This document shows positions 23,765-37,185 of a stretch of DNA of 64,000 nucleotides, one piece after another. Positions within the stretch are counted from its first letter, which is position 1. The number at the start of each line of letters is the position of its first letter. Source of the stretch: Felis catus. Lineage: Eukaryota. A program made the translations under genes and the position numbers. The stretch is from positions 157,294,001 through 157,358,000 of the forward strand of contig NC_058369.1 in assembly GCF_018350175.1 (NCBI RefSeq), in the 5' to 3' direction. The notes under the pieces were generated by a model. The model was not told the origin of the DNA. It saw nothing but the letters and a program-made list of their open reading frames with translations, and did not search any database.

Positions 23765-24840
23765 TGCTCTTCAGACTGTATCTCTGATCCACATTGTATA
23801 TTCTTTCTTGAGACATCCACATGGATGTCTAATAGGCATTTCAAACTTACAGTATCCAAAGCTGAGCTCCTGATATTTTTCTACTTCAACATGCTGCTCT
23901 CACCACTTCCCCCCTGCTCTGTTTCAGCGGATGGCAACTCCATTCTTCCAGTTGCTCTGGACAAATCTTCTTACATTTCACGCACAATCACTCAGCAACC
24001 CTGATGTCACACTATTTGACCGGGTGCTCAATCGATGTTTAGATCAACTGCTTCTGGGTTGGGATTTCATAGGTAGCAAAGCAGCTCCTCCTTGACTACA
24101 ATCTGTTGAAAGTTGGCCTCTGACACAAGGGTTTGAAAAAATCAGGGTTAGACTTGTTGACAGCTTTCGAAATGAATCTGTGATTCCACCATTTATCGCC
24201 ACCTCCACAGCCTCTGCTCTAGTGCAAGCCACGATCACGTCTTGCTTGGATTGCTGCCTCGGCCTCCTAACTGGTTTCACAACTTCTACTCTCAATTTGC
24301 CTTTCATCTGTATTCAGCATGGCAGCTAGCAGGATCCTTTAAAAATAGAAGTCACGTCACATCATGTTTCTTTCAAAATTCTCCATTTCCTTTTCAACCT
24401 CAAGAAAAAGCCTAAGTTTTCGTAATGAGTTAGAATGCCCTTTATGAGTTTGTTTGGTATGATAGTCGCCTCTGCTTTTCTGCCCCCCTCTCACACTGCT
24501 CTGGTCACTTTGGCGTCCCTGGTGTTCCTTAAATAAGCCCTGCATACGCCTTCCTCAGAGCCTGTGCATTTGTGACCTCTTTGCTTGGAATGTTCTACCC
24601 CAGATGTTGGCATGGCTCACTCCCTCACTGCTTCAGACATCGTCATCTCCACTGTAAACTGCTGTCCTCCGTGCTACCATTCCCTGCCCTGCTTTGTCTC
24701 CTCAGCATTATCACTGTCTATTTTTCTTATATATATCATGTGTTTTCCTCACAACCATAGAAACTCCACAAGGACAGGAATTTGTATCTGTTTTGTTCCC
24801 CCCTGGCAAGAGGTAGTCACTCAGTAAGTATTTGTTGAAG
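23765..24840 (+). mobile_element. LINE-2 3' region
   Basis: GACATCCACATGGATGTCTAATAGGCATTTCAAACTT and terminal CACTCAGTAAGTATTTGTTGAA are L2 hallmarks. Confidence 0.75.
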
Positions 24841-26081
24841 CCATGAAAGCATTATCTTATTATAATGAACTACATTAATGAATGCAAAGATTCATCACTT
24901 TTATGCCTGTAGAAATACCTATGGCTGTTAGAAACTGGATCAGCAATGAACATTTTCTTATCAATTCAGTCCACTTCGGTGATTTTTGCTGGCTCTCTAA
25001 TACAACAGCTAGCCTTCACATTTTCTACAGTTGTTAGTAGAGAGAGCTGATTGCTGCCAGGATTCTTTGACATTTGAACAAGAACTTATTGAACATCTAC
25101 ATATGGAAATCTAAGTATTTATCTCCCAGCTAAGAGCAATGGGGGTATGGAAGTAGAATCTAAGCATTCAGGAAATCTACCCGGTAATATACACACTCCA
25201 TTTACGAGAATGCGAAACACTTAAGAGCTAAAGTGACCATTATCAAGTACTGCTAGTTCATATTTGACCTTGGTACTGAAGAATTCTAAGATGGAAATGA
25301 ATCAGACACCGTTGTCCAGCATTATCTATGTATAATGTTCTGCCGCAAATTTTCTGTGTCTCAAATACATCAGATGTTGGGCAGTTTCCATCTATCTTTG
25401 ATCACAGTGTTTGTTTTTGACATTTCTTAGTGTCATTGATGGTCTCCTATTCTGAATTCCTATGGATTTATGGCCTGTACTGATGGTTCACTCAGGTAAA
25501 GAGGAATAATCTCAAGATTTTAAGAAGTCACAAGAAGGAGGGCTCTTGTGGGAGGAGAGCTGGGAGGGAACCGAACCTTTCAAATCAGGTCAGAATCACA
25601 TAGCAGGGAGTGAGCCAGGACGTGGCTGCTCACGCAGCTGGCCTCTGGCACAGGCTTGTAATGAATCTGAGTTCCAATGGTTTGGATGGTCGGCCTTGGT
25701 AACAGATAAAAGCTTTGGAAACTGGGCTTTAGCAGTCAGCAGCTGAACGCATTTTGAATTTTAGTAAGCTGAGCTGACATGTCTTTTAACTATAAATAAT
25801 ACGAATTCTGAACTACAGTGATGGAAACCCAAGGTTTGGGTGGCCGAGACCTATGGGGGTGGCAGTGTTTTTTAAGGACTGTTATTTCTCTTCCAGTAAA
25901 AATAAAACATTTTTTAGAAGACGTTGAATAAACTGTTTAAGGTACAATATCCAGTATCCATTCTCTATATTGCTCAAGATTTTTTTTTTTTTTTAATGAG
26001 AAACCACTCTTTTGTCATTAGATGATTATATCACTTACATCAGATCTAAAGTACAGTGGGGTTTTTTTTTTAAGTTTATTT

Positions 26082-26657
26082 AAGTAATCTCTTTTTAGTT
26101 TTTTTTTTTAAGTTTATTTATTTTGGGGCATCTGGGTGGCTCAGTTGATTAAGTGTCCGACTTCAGCTCAGGTCATGATCTCACAGTTCGAGTTTGAGCC
26201 CCACGTTAGACTCTGTGCTGACACCTCAGAGCCTGGANNNNNNNNNNNNNNNNNNNNNNNNNNNNNNNNNNNNNNNNNNNNNNNNNNNNNNNNNNNNNNN
26301 NNNNNNNNNNNNNNNNNNNNNNNNNNNNNNNNNNNNNNNNNNNNNNNNNNNNNNNNNNNNNNNNNNNNNNNNNNNNNNNNNNNNNNNNNNNNNNNNNNNN
26401 NNNNNNNNNNNNNNNNNNNNNNNNNNCACTCAGCTTGGAGCCCGACATGGGGCTCAATCTCATGACCATGAGATCACCATCTGAGCCAGAATCAAGAGTG
26501 GGACACTTACTGACTGAGCCACCCAGGTGCCCCTAAGTAATCTCTTTTTAAAGGTTATTGATTTAAGTAATCACTATACCAGCGGGGTTCTTGAACTCAT
26601 GACCCTGCGATCAACAGCCACACCCTCGCTCTTCTGACTGAGCCAGCCAGGCGCCCC
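26082..26657. mobile_element. Cluster of Can-SINEs in both orientations around an assembly gap
   Basis: + head at ~26125, - heads ending ~26533 and ~26657; repeated TAAGTAATCTCTTTTT. Confidence 0.8.
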
Positions 26658-27584
26658 TAAAGTGCAGTAGTTTTGAGAGCAATATAGATTTCTGTCTCCA
26701 AGAGGGACTATAGTTTCCTGTATCCTACCAGATTAGGACTGAAGTTGGTGGCTTCCTGTCCTGCTGACAAACTCCTTGGATGTACTGCCCTGTGGGTCAT
26801 CACCAGCAGTAGGATCCATTCAGTCTTGTAGGGGTCAGATGTAAGGGGACTGCTGTCCTTATTGCTGAAAAGTTGCAAATGGAGAAGGAAAACAGCTGGT
26901 CCAAAGGCTTAGAATTGGAAAACATTTAGGTTCTATCTCCTTTGTCCTGTCATAGAGAAATCCATAAGGAAGCTGGCGATAGCTGCACTTCTCAAATTAA
27001 AGCTAATGACTGTATTTATGTGAGTCAGTAACCTGAGTCATGTTACTTGTTTTTGAAATCTTTTGTTATGTGTGTTATTGCAGCTGAGTTGTTACTAATC
27101 TGTTATTTTTTTGGGAAAATAATCGCCAACTCTTAGTAGTAAGACCAGACTTTCAGGGCTCCGGCAAATAAGACTGAGAACACCTTTGTATGTACAACAT
27201 ACATGTTTCTTCTCAGCATTTCCAAGGTAGACACAAGCATTATTGGTTCTGTTGTCATAGAATTTATATTGTCTTGCTAACTCAGTCTCCTGAAATAACC
27301 CAAAAGTTGAAAGTATCTGTAACAAAATATGTCAGTAATGCAATTTGTAGAAGGATGACACATGAAGATGACTTGAAAAAGGAAAACAACCAAGCTCATT
27401 CATTCAGCAAATATTTCCTTAATGCCCACTATGTGGGAGATGTGGGGGCTGGAGAAGACACAGTCTTTGTTCTTTAAAAGAACAACGTACTTTTCTATTA
27501 GATCAAGAGCAATGTCTGAAATTGAAGCATGTATATAAAAGATGAGGCCCTTATACTGTGTCCAGAAAATATGCTTTGAGAAAA

Positions 27585-28100
27585 TACTTTATTGTGGTGA
27601 AAATACACATAACAAAGTTTACCATTTCAGCCTTTGTAAAGTGTACATTTCTGTGGCATTAAGTACATTCACACTGTTATGTGGTCATCCCCACCATCTG
27701 TCAGCAGAACTCTTCATCCTCTCCAATTGAAACTCTATCCCTTACATGAAAATGTCCCATTCTCCACGCCTCCTCCCTCCCCAGCCCCTGGCAACCACTA
27801 TTCTACTTTTCATCTTTATGAATTGGACTATTTGGGGTACCTCACTTAAGTGAAATCACACATTATTTGCCCTTTTGCGTCTGACTTATTTCACTTAGCA
27901 TAATGTCTTCAAGATTCATCCACGTTGTAGCAGATATCTTTGTGAAGGCAAAATAATATTTCATTGTCTGTCTATGGCACATTTTATTTATCTATTTCAC
28001 TTATTTGTTTGTTGACGGATACTTGGGTTGCTTCCACATTTTGGCTTTTGTGAATAACGCTGCAGTGAACGTAGATGTGCAGATATCTGTTTCAGACCGA
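27585..28100 (-). mobile_element. LINE-1 3'UTR (L1MA/L1MB type)
   Basis: TTTATTGTGGTGAAAATACACATAAC...CCCAGCCCCTGGCAACCACT...TTATTTCACTTAGCATAATGTCTTCAAG. Confidence 0.85.
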
Positions 28101-28171
28101 GCAGATGTGTTTTAGAATCTGAATGTGAGGAAGAGTCACTGAGGCACATCGATTTAAAGTATTTTTAGGTG

Positions 28172-28368
28172 TGGGACACCTGGGTGGCTCAGTTGGTTAA
28201 GCGTCTGACTCTTGATTTTGGCACAAGTCATGATCTCAGGGTTCCTGAGAGAGCCCTGCGTTGGGCTCTTCTTGGGTTTCTCTCTCTCCCTGTCTCTGCC
28301 CCTACCCTGCTCTCTCCCTCCCTCAAAATAAAACAAACAAACAAACAAACAAACAAACAAACAAACAA
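28172..28368 (+). mobile_element. Can-SINE (SINEC) with (AAAC)n tail
   Basis: Head, (CT) region, AAAC tail. Confidence 0.85.
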
Positions 28369-29394
28369 AGTACAGGTACTGATGTGTAAAGGAATCAGAA
28401 ACTTTGTAGCATATTATTTTTTTTAACTAGAGCCGTGAAAGACACACACATTGCAAAGTATCTTTGCCATGGAGAATGTGACATCCTTCTTCAGCTATGG
28501 ATATTCAGATGTTGTGGAACCATAGCTTAGAACATGCTCCCCTCTGGAGTGCACATCAGAAGCTCTAATTCTCTCCCGTCAAGAATGGCTTTAAAAGCAC
28601 AGAGCTCAAGGCAGTCTCTACCCTAAAATCAATAGCTTACTTCCTTGGGTAAAACTAAATTAAACCTTGATATGTTTTCCACTGCTTACCTGTGCTATCT
28701 ATTCATGCTTCTTTGCTTCATTGAGATCTTGGACTTCAACTTCTGCATAGGTTCTGTCTTGTACAGACATCTGGAAAGTGAATTGATTTTGCATGGAGGA
28801 CTCTGCTGGCCTACTCTATCCAGTTGGGTCTAGCCCTGCAGTTGCTGCTTTTGACTTGCTCTTCGGCTCACAATACTGGTCTCTTTTAGCCTTGTGCTTG
28901 CTTTTGGCAGCATCATACTTTAGGGACCACTGTGGATTCCATCCGAGTCTTTCCTGGCCAACCTGGTGGTGCAGCAACTGGTGACCCAGCCCTGAGAAGT
29001 GAATTTGCCAAAGCCTCAAAGAAAGTTCTTTTCTCTTGCTCTGACTTGACATTTGTGAATGGTTGCCATGAATTTAGGGAATCCGGTGGAGTCAGAACCT
29101 GGGAATTTGGAATAGGCTTTCTAGGAGTCCTAATCACAGGGTACTGTCCACCTAATCACTGATTCCCAAGGTATGAGTGAGGACCGAACACTAACACTGC
29201 GCTCATGCCCCACACCCTGTGTCCTGCTACAGACTCTTTTCCTGATGGAGATTTGGGTAGTAGAAGGTATTAAGATTCCAGTTTTGGTCTCTAGCATGGA
29301 AATTAAGAATCTTCCAAGGCATGAAACTTCTGATGGTGACAGTTAACTCAATGACATAAGGGCTCTGGGAGAACATGGTGCAGGGTCTTCGAGT

Positions 29395-29500
29395 GAAGAT
29401 CTGAATTTAAGAATTCGTTCTTTTCTGCCTCTATCTGTGTTGTGGCCTTGGGAAAGTCAGTTACCTTCCTGGGGTCTCAGTTTCCTTATCTGTAGGAAAG
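29395..29500. mobile_element. MIR fragment
   Basis: GTGGCCTTGGGAAAGTCAGTTACCTTCCTGGGGTCTCAGTTTCCTTATCTGTA core. Confidence 0.65.
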
Positions 29501-30141
29501 AAGAGGGTGTGATCTTTGGCTTGTGATGGTGGCAGTTGGACGGTAGCACTGGTGTTGATGGTGGTGGTACATGTTTGCAGGGGAGGGGCGGGACAGAGGT
29601 ACTGAAAGCGTTAGTTGGACCGATTAACTAAGTGCTTAACGTTTATACAGAAGATTTTCAGGAAAGCAGCAGGGAGAAGTCCTTGGAAGATCAATATACA
29701 ACTCTGTATAACAGTGGAACCTTGAACACCGTGACCAGTTCTGCCCTGCTGCTCTGCCCTACCTCCCCCTGCCCTATGCCAGGTCAATCAGTTCTTACTG
29801 GTCTCAAATCATAGGGTTTTACATCTGAGCTTAATGTTGGAGATGAAGCAGAGTTATTTAGCCTTCCTTACTTTGATCACAAATGATTTATTAGTTTCAA
29901 ACTTTAAATGTTCTTTTTTGATAATATCTGATTATTGCAGGGACTTGAAAGTTATAGAATATTATAAAGAAGTTTAATAATCACTCATACTTTCGTTATC
30001 CGGAGAATAATTATCATTAACACTCATTATTCCTTCTAGATATTTTTCCTCACATAGAATTGTATTTATACAAATGTATATGTAAAAGTAAATAATGTCA
30101 ATATTTCAGATATTTAAACAACTTTTTACAAAGTTAGGATA

Positions 30142-30376
30142 GGGGTGCCTGGGTGACTCAGTCAGTTAAGTGTCTGACTTCAGCTCAGGTCATGATCTCA
30201 TGGTCCATGAGTTCAAGTCCCACGTTGAGCTCTGTGCTGACAGCTCAGAGCCTGGAGCCTGCTTCCGATTCTGTGTCTCCTTCTCTCCCTGCCTGTCCCC
30301 CACTCTCACTCTGTCTCTGTCTCTCTGTCTCTGTCTCTCTCTCAAAAATAAACACTACAAAAAAACCCACAAAAAA
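30142..30376 (+). mobile_element. Can-SINE (SINEC)
   Basis: TSD ACAAAGTTAGGATA. Confidence 0.92.
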
Positions 30377-30514
30377 CAAAGTTAGGATAATAAATTTATA
30401 TATACATATATATGTTTTAATTTATATATATTTTTATGTGTAATGATTATTTCATCCTTTTGCCATGGCAGACATAAGGAAGCCTTTTAATAATTATTGT
30501 AAGAGACTGTGAAG

Positions 30515-30710
30515 TTTTTTTTTTAATTTGTTTATTTTGAGAGAAGTGTGAGTATGAGTGGGGGAGGGGCAGAGAGGGAGAGAATCCCAAGCAGGTTCCC
30601 TGCTATCAGCACAGAGCCTGACGTGGGGCTTGATCCCATGACTGTGAGATCATGACCTGAGCTGAAACTAGGAGTTGGTTGCTTAACTGACTGAGCTACC
30701 CAGGCACCCC
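30515..30710 (-). mobile_element. Can-SINE (SINEC)
   Basis: TSD AAGAGACT(G/A)TGAAGTTT. Confidence 0.9.
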
Positions 30711-31280
30711 AAGAGACTATGAAGTTTATGAACAGTAGTAGCTCAATAATGAACAAAATTATTGTTAATTTCTCAGGAAGAATCATCGTTTGTTCTCACA
30801 GATGGCACTTTTCTAGGATACGCAAATATTTTGTGGAAAGCATGGCATAAAACATGAAAAAACAAATCTTAGGAATAAAAATATTTGATTCATTAATTTT
30901 GCTGAATAATCAAGATTTTATATTCAATCTTAACTGTAATTTTAAATGGAACCATGACACAATCAGCTTGGTGATGTTCCATATTCCACCACAGTGGTGC
31001 TCTTCCCCCAGAACCTAGAAGGACAAGGCACAGATTCTGAAGGTTTTATTGCAGGCAGTGTTTTTATATCCTCGCTCGTTGTTTCACAGTCTACATTGTG
31101 ATGACTGTCATTTTAGACATCCTATTTCCTCTCTTCAAAGAGGGAATCATGGCTCATATCTACTCTGGATGCCCAGCCAGTGTTATTCTGCATAATATTA
31201 TAATATTAATATTAATATATAATATATATAATTGTATTATAATATTCATGCTTTCATGAATGTTGACTTTACATTTACTA

Positions 31281-31389
31281 TTTTTTTAAGATTTTATTTT
31301 TAAGTAACCTCTACACCCAACACGAGGCTCTAACTCACTACCCCAGGATCAAGTCATTTGCTCTTCTGACTAAGCCAGCCAGGCACCCC
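31281..31389 (-). mobile_element. Short Can-SINE variant
   Basis: TAAGTAACCTCTACACCCAAC...AGCCAGCCAGGCACCCC. Confidence 0.75.
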
Positions 31390-31679
31390 TACGTTTACTG
31401 TATATAACCACTGTAGACAATTATATTATCTAAGGGATAATATATTATCCAGGGATCATAATTGCTGATTCTCTAACATTTGCGGGATATTTATTATGAC
31501 TCTTCTGTTTTGCATCAAAAATATTAGTGGTTCTCTCTCTTTTATAATAAAAAATCATATGTTTGTTGTATCTCATGCACATACCTATTTGAACACTAAT
31601 ATAATAGTTATCACACATCAAATTGTGTTCTGTATTTCTCAGTTAACATTCATGGTTACTTTTCTATTGAGTCCAGTCT

Positions 31680-33030
31680 TGTTTTCAGCTTTATTGAGGT
31701 ACATAGCTGACAAACAATTGTAATATGTATAAAGTGTACAATGTGATGCTTTGATTTGTATACACTTTGAAAGGGTTTCCCACCATCAAATTAATTAACA
31801 CCTCACATAGTTACCTTTCTTTAGTGAGAACACTCGCATTCTATTCCCAGTCAGCCACGTGATCATGACGGTAAATACTGACAACCATTCTCTACCCACA
31901 TAACCGCTCTGCTTTCCACTTTCAGTATCGTAGTCAGTAAATGACATGAGATATTCAACACTTTGTTATAAGCTAGGCTTTGTGTTAGATGATTTTGCCC
32001 AACTGTAGGCTAATGTAAGTGTTCTGAGCACATTAAGGTGGCTAGAGATTCTCTAATCAGCAATGGCTGATTTCCATTAAAAAATTTTTTTAATGTTTAT
32101 TTTTGAGAGAGAGCATGAGTGTGCGAGTGGGGGAGGCGCAGAGAGTGAGGGGGACAGAGGATCCTAAGTGGGCTCTGTGCTGACAGCTGCAAGTCTGATG
32201 CGGGGCTTGAATCCATGAACTATGAGATCATGACCTGAGCTGAAGTCAGTTGCTCAACTGACTGAGCCACCCGGGTGCCTCCTAGTTTGAATTTTTATAG
32301 TAACTAATAATGTGGAACATCTTTTTGTGTGCTTGTTGGCCATTTGTCTGTCATCTTTGGAGAAATGTCTGTTCAAATCCTTTGCCCATTTTAAATTGGA
32401 TTATGTCCTTTTATTGCTGAGTTATAAGTGTTCTTTATATATTCTAGGTGCAAGTTTCTCATCAGGTATATGATTTGGAGGTATTTTCGCCCATTCTGTA
32501 GTTGTTTTTTCACTTTGTTGATGGTATCCTTGGAAGCACAACAGTTTGTAATCTTTGATTTAATCCAGTATATCAATTGTTTCTTTAGTCACTTGTGCTT
32601 TTTTTTTTTGTTAAAAAAATTTTTTTTTAATATTTATTTATTTTTGAGAGAGAGAGACAAAGCGTGGGGGGCGGGGGGAAGGGTAGGGAGAGGGAGACAG
32701 AGAATCCAAAGCAGGCTCCAGGCTCTGAGCTGTCAGCACAGAGCCTGATGTGGGGCTTGAACTCATGAACCTCAAGATCATGACCTGAGCTGAAGTCGAT
32801 GCTTAACTGACCGAGCCACCCAGGAGCCCCTAGTCACTCATGCTTTTGTTGTCCTAAGAAGGCTTTGTCTAACCCAAGATCATGAAGATTTACTCCTGTG
32901 TTTTCCTCTAAGAGTTTTGTACTTTTAGCTCTTATGTTTGGTTCTGGGATCCACTTTGAGTTGATTTTTGTGGATGGTGTCCTGTATCAGTGTTTTGTAT
33001 GTGGATATCTAGTGTTCCAGCGCCTTTTTT
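31680..33030 (-). mobile_element. Fragmented LINE-1 (3'UTR and ORF2 end) hosting a Tigger fragment and two SINEs (32078-32281, 32599-32830)
   Basis: CAGCTTTATTGAGGT tail; GGCCATTTGT...TTTGGAGAAATGTCT...TCCTTTGCCCATTTT; ORF 32391-32576 L1-like; SINE TSD TAGTCACT..TGCTTTT. Confidence 0.8.
31880..32045 (+). mobile_element. Tigger2a-like DNA transposon fragment
   Basis: CATGAGATATTCAACACTTT...TAGGCTTTGTGTTAGATGATTTTGCCCAACTGTAGGCTAATGTAAGTGTTCTGAGCAC matches the recalled Tigger2 3' region. Confidence 0.75.
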
Positions 33031-33639
33031 GATACTCATTGAGTTTTTATGAGTATCAAAAATTAACATTTGTAAAGCGCTTGGAAGTGCATGGGGATGC
33101 ACAGCAGCACTGAGTAAACATTATTTTATCATTTCCTATATGGAATTGTCATATGTCTACTTATCTTTTCTCCCTCAAAGACTATCTTTATCTTTGTGCC
33201 TACATGGCTGGCCTAGTGTCTGACGGATGGTGCCTGCTGAATGGATGAATGATAAATAGAACTGCTCTCCTGAGACTGTCAGGTGGTAAAGCGTGGTTTC
33301 AACACTGCTGGGCTGGGCTTGGGTCCCGACCAGAGGGCCTGTCAGAGTGAGAGCCGCTGACAGTATCTGCCTCAGGGCATCTCCCCAGAGCACACGGCTT
33401 GCAGCCCCTGGGTCCAGATCCCCCTGCAGCGCTCGAGTCTCTTCAGAGTCTCTTCAGCAGTTTTCATTTCTGTGTCGCCCTCCTCCCCGTTGTCTTCCTC
33501 CTCCTCCTGTACCTGAGCATGAGCTCAGAGAATGGAATCCCTCCTGGATATCAGTCTCAGCAAAGTCTCCTCAGCCGGATCCTTTGACTTCCAACCCCTC
33601 AAGGCTGAAGGTGCAGGGTTCGCCTCCAGCCCCTTACCA

Positions 33640-34255
33640 GTCTCCGTTCACACTCTTTTCCCACGTGATCTCATCTAATGTAATGGCTCTAAATACCGAG
33701 TGTTGATGGCTCCCAAACCTGTTACTCCAGCCATTCTGAGATCCAGACTTATATTTTAATTGTCCCCTTCATGTCTCATTTTAGAGATCTAACAGGTGTC
33801 TCAGACTTCACATGGCCAGAACAGACTTCCTCCCAGAAGCATATCCCTCTCAGTCTAACTCCTCTCTGTAGACTGCTCCGTAAATTCTCCAGTGACCGAA
33901 GTAAAAATTTGGGATCCATCCTTGATTCCTTTTTTTCTCTCACTCCCGCCATCAGGAAAATCCTACTGAATCTGCCTTCAAAAGATGCCAGCATCTCTTC
34001 CCTGCTCACCACTTCCAGTGCTCCCAGCTGAGAGGAAGCTAGCGCCTGCTTGTGCACGGTCTAATGCAGTAGCCTCTGACTGCTCTTCTCTACCCTTGCC
34101 CCTCCCCACTTCCATTCTCCAAGTCCTGATCCACAGGATCTGTTTAAAAACAGATTAGGTCATGCTACTCCCTTGTTTAAAACTCTCTAATGGCTTTCTA
34201 TTATGTGAGGATAACATCCCAAGTTCTTACCATGACCAACATGACTTTCTTGATC
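33640..34255 (+). mobile_element. LINE-2 fragment
   Basis: TGATGGCTCCCAAA...TCCAGACTT...CATCCTTGATTCC...TTTAAAACTCTCTAATGGCTT L2-like motifs. Confidence 0.65.
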
Positions 34256-35399
34256 TTGCCTTTTAAACAGAGGTTGACATTTCTACCAAGTGCAAAGATT
34301 TAATGATAGGAGATTTCAAAGTGAGCTGCTAGTTCACACTATTCAGGTTTTCACAGGCACTGGGCATAAACCTGTCCTGTAACTCCTGAAACCCTTTGAT
34401 AAAATGAAAAGGTTAGAGAGTAGAAGAGAGAGGATTTTGTGAGGCATAAATACTTGGAAAAGCTATGTGATGAAACGCACTCCATCCTTCACTGAGGAGG
34501 ACTTAACCTCAAACCTGGTGGTGCTCCAGAGCTTCTGTGGGGCCACTCTCAAATCTTGCCGTGTTACTGCTTCAGTCGGGAGGGATAGTGGGCTAAGTAT
34601 GGTCTTGTTCCTGCTGGGGGTAGTTAAGATAATGAGAGACAGACTAGCTAACTTTTGGGGCAGAGTCAGGAGAATGTGGCCACATTTGGAGTGTGGGGGC
34701 AGGCCTAGGGTACCAGTTTTGGACCCCAAGGGAGAGAGCATATGTGTGCAGGTGTCTTGAGGTTTGACCAACAGGGCTGTTTAGTGGGGTGAGGAAATGC
34801 CAGCAGCAATAATTTTGGGGAAAATGTCTAGGAGCTGAGGAAGGAGTCCCAAGGGATCACCCAAAATAAAGATGCTTTCTCCCCATCAAAGGGAATTGTG
34901 GGAGAGAGCCCAGTGGGGAGCCTCCAGAGCTCTGAAGTTCCCCAGGAAGGAGCATCAGCATTTAACACGTGCCAGGCCCGGAAGGCACAAGGCTTTGGTT
35001 CTAGTCCAAGCAAGACCCTTCCCGCCCCTTTTGCATTCTCCATCTGCATTAGCCAATGCCATCTTGTTATGTAGTTTTTATATATTGGACAGAAATGCCC
35101 CATTTCTGGTCTGAGTTGGTTTTGTGACTTGAAGTGATCTCGGGACAACTTAGTTGATAAGAGTGAATAGTCACGTGGCCTCCGGGAATTCTTTTTCTCT
35201 GGCAGGAGAAGGTTCTCTCACTGGGTAAAATTAGAAGAGATGGTGGGAGAGAATGAATAAAGTGATGATTCGATAATATTATGAGTTCGGCCAGCTGTGC
35301 GTGGCAAAGACTCTACTCGCTCGGGCCCCTCAGCCCGCGTGTCCGCAGAGAATGCCCTCCCCATCCCGTGGGTGTGAAGGAGCAGCTTCTCCCTCTCCA

Positions 35400-35620
35400 G
35401 CTATTCTCCAGCCGTCTTCCTCTCCTGTTTTCTTCAGGACACTGATTACAATGTGAAAGTGTCTTGTTCGTGCACGTGCTTATTTTCAGTTACCTTCCAT
35501 CAGACTGTAAGTTCCACAGAAGCAGGAATCCCACCTCTTACGTTCGCTTCTCTATTCCCGGTGACAAGAATAGGAGCCCTGTGTGTGTAAGTGCTCAGTA
35601 AGTATTTGTTGAGTGAATGA
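35400..35620 (+). mobile_element. LINE-2 3' end
   Basis: AGACTGTAAGTTCC...GTGCTCAGTAAGTATTTGTTGAGTGAATGA. Confidence 0.7.
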
Positions 35621-35916
35621 GTCAAAACCGTATGAGTGACGTGGATCTGAGAATAGAAAAAATGCATGTTCACCTACCTTCAGTGAGATCTCTCTCTCTG
35701 TTGTGGATTATTCATTTTAGTATAATTATACATTTATGCTGTGGTAGTGACAACTTTCACATTATTTGTATGACTATTTTTCTTAGTTGATTCATACAAA
35801 GTCACAGTCCAAAAGGACACACTTACATAAAAACATACTCTTGATTTTTTCAAACAAATGTGGAGAAAGGACAGATTTGAACTACTAAATGGGAAACATT
35901 TGACTATGGACCCAGC

Positions 35917-36094
35917 TGAGACAGTGTGAGTGGAGGATGGGGCAGAGAGAGAGGGAGAGGGAGGATCCCAAGCAGGCTCCGCACTGTCAGCGCAGAGTCC
36001 GATGCGGGGCTCAGTCTCACAAACCATGAGATCATGACCTGGGCTGAAATCGAGAGTTGGATGCCTAACTGACTGAGCCACCCAGGAGCCCCCC
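35917..36094 (-). mobile_element. Can-SINE (SINEC), tail absent
   Basis: Body and head CTGAGCCACCCAGGAGCCCC. Confidence 0.85.
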
Positions 36095-36198
36095 AGAAAA
36101 TACTTTTGCTTTTTAATGTGGTCTCATAGGGATCTCTTTTTAATGTTGGTGTTGGAAGACAGGACAACACACATGCCTTGTAAGCTGTGGTGTCTCAT

Positions 36199-36543
36199 TG
36201 TGGCAGATAGGCTCTAAGATGGTTCCCCAACTTTGGTATCTGTACCTTTTTGTAACCCACACCATTTGAGCGTCCCTGCAGACTGTGACTTGCTTCTAGG
36301 CGACAGAATATGGCAAAAGTGATAGGATGTCCTCCTGTGATTGTACTACACTGTTTAAGACTCCATCCTGCTAGCCAGCTCCCTCTAGAGACTCTCTTTG
36401 CTGGCTTGATGGAGTAGGGTGCCATGTTGAAACCTCCCACTTGGCAAAAACAGCCAGTGGCCACCAGGATCTGAGGGAGCCTTCAACTGAGACCCAGCAA
36501 GAGGCAGGTGCCCTTAGTTCCACAACCGCAAGGAAATGAATTC
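36199..36543 (+). mobile_element. MaLR LTR (MLT1E/F-like) 5' part
   Basis: TGTGGCAGATAGGCTCTAAG...CTGTGACTTGCTTCT...AGAATATGGCAAAAGTGATAGGATGT. Confidence 0.8.
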
Positions 36544-36918
36544 CCTCACTGGAACATAAAACTGGTTTAAACCGTTATCAGTCATTCATATCTCAGGGTC
36601 CATGAAGGATTTAAGAAGAGGTTTGGTAAAAAGGTGGACCAAAGATTCTGACCTTGAAGGGGATGACTGCTCATATTTGAGGGTGGATGTGTGACAGGGA
36701 AGCTTGGCTGGAGACAGACTTCTCTATCATCACTGTTTTGCCCAGGTCTTGGCCATATTAAATGTCTCCTGTACTTGTTGCCTGTACGCTTCATGTCTTA
36801 AGAATGATCTGATGGGGAGAGGTGTGTATATTCTCCTGAGGGAGAACTAAGAAGGATAGAACTCAGCTACAGAGACACTGAAAAACTCTCTACATTGATG
36901 CTAATGACGGTAGCATGC

Positions 36919-36992
36919 AGGCAAAACCAGACAAGGCAAATCAGGGGCAGCGGGTAGGCCTCGTGGTAACTGAGCCCACAGGAAATTTGCAT
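36919..36992 (+). promoter_or_regulatory. Candidate TAS2R41 upstream module with perfect octamer ATTTGCAT (36985-36992)
   Basis: AGGCAAA x2 (15-bp period), TCAGGGGCAG, ACTGAGCC-N8-ATTTGCATC; 270 bp before the TM1 Asn codon. Confidence 0.55.
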
Positions 36993-37185
36993 CCTCGCTG
37001 AGCTGAGCTCACCTTTCCACTGCAGCCCCAGTATCCGCCTTGTGAGCGAACTCTGACTCAGATGCAGAGCCTGAGCACTCTTCTCATGTCCCCAGGAGAG
37101 GTCTAAAGAGGGACTGTGTGCGGGGGTAGGGAGGAGGCCAGGGACCAAGGCGCAAGGCACAGGGGTGGTGCCCCGAGCGGCCGAA

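Noticed and set aside
28787-29075. TTTTGCAT lying 271 bp before an AAT-GGT (NG) codon pair, mimicking the TAS2R module spacing; possible fourth, decayed TAS2R
   Set aside because: No AGGCAA/TGAGC context and no other TAS2R motifs in any frame I read; most likely coincidence. A tBLASTn with TAS2R queries would settle it.
31190-31247. AT-rich quasi-palindromic stretch
   Set aside because: Low-complexity (TAATAT/TA)n sequence with no evidence of function
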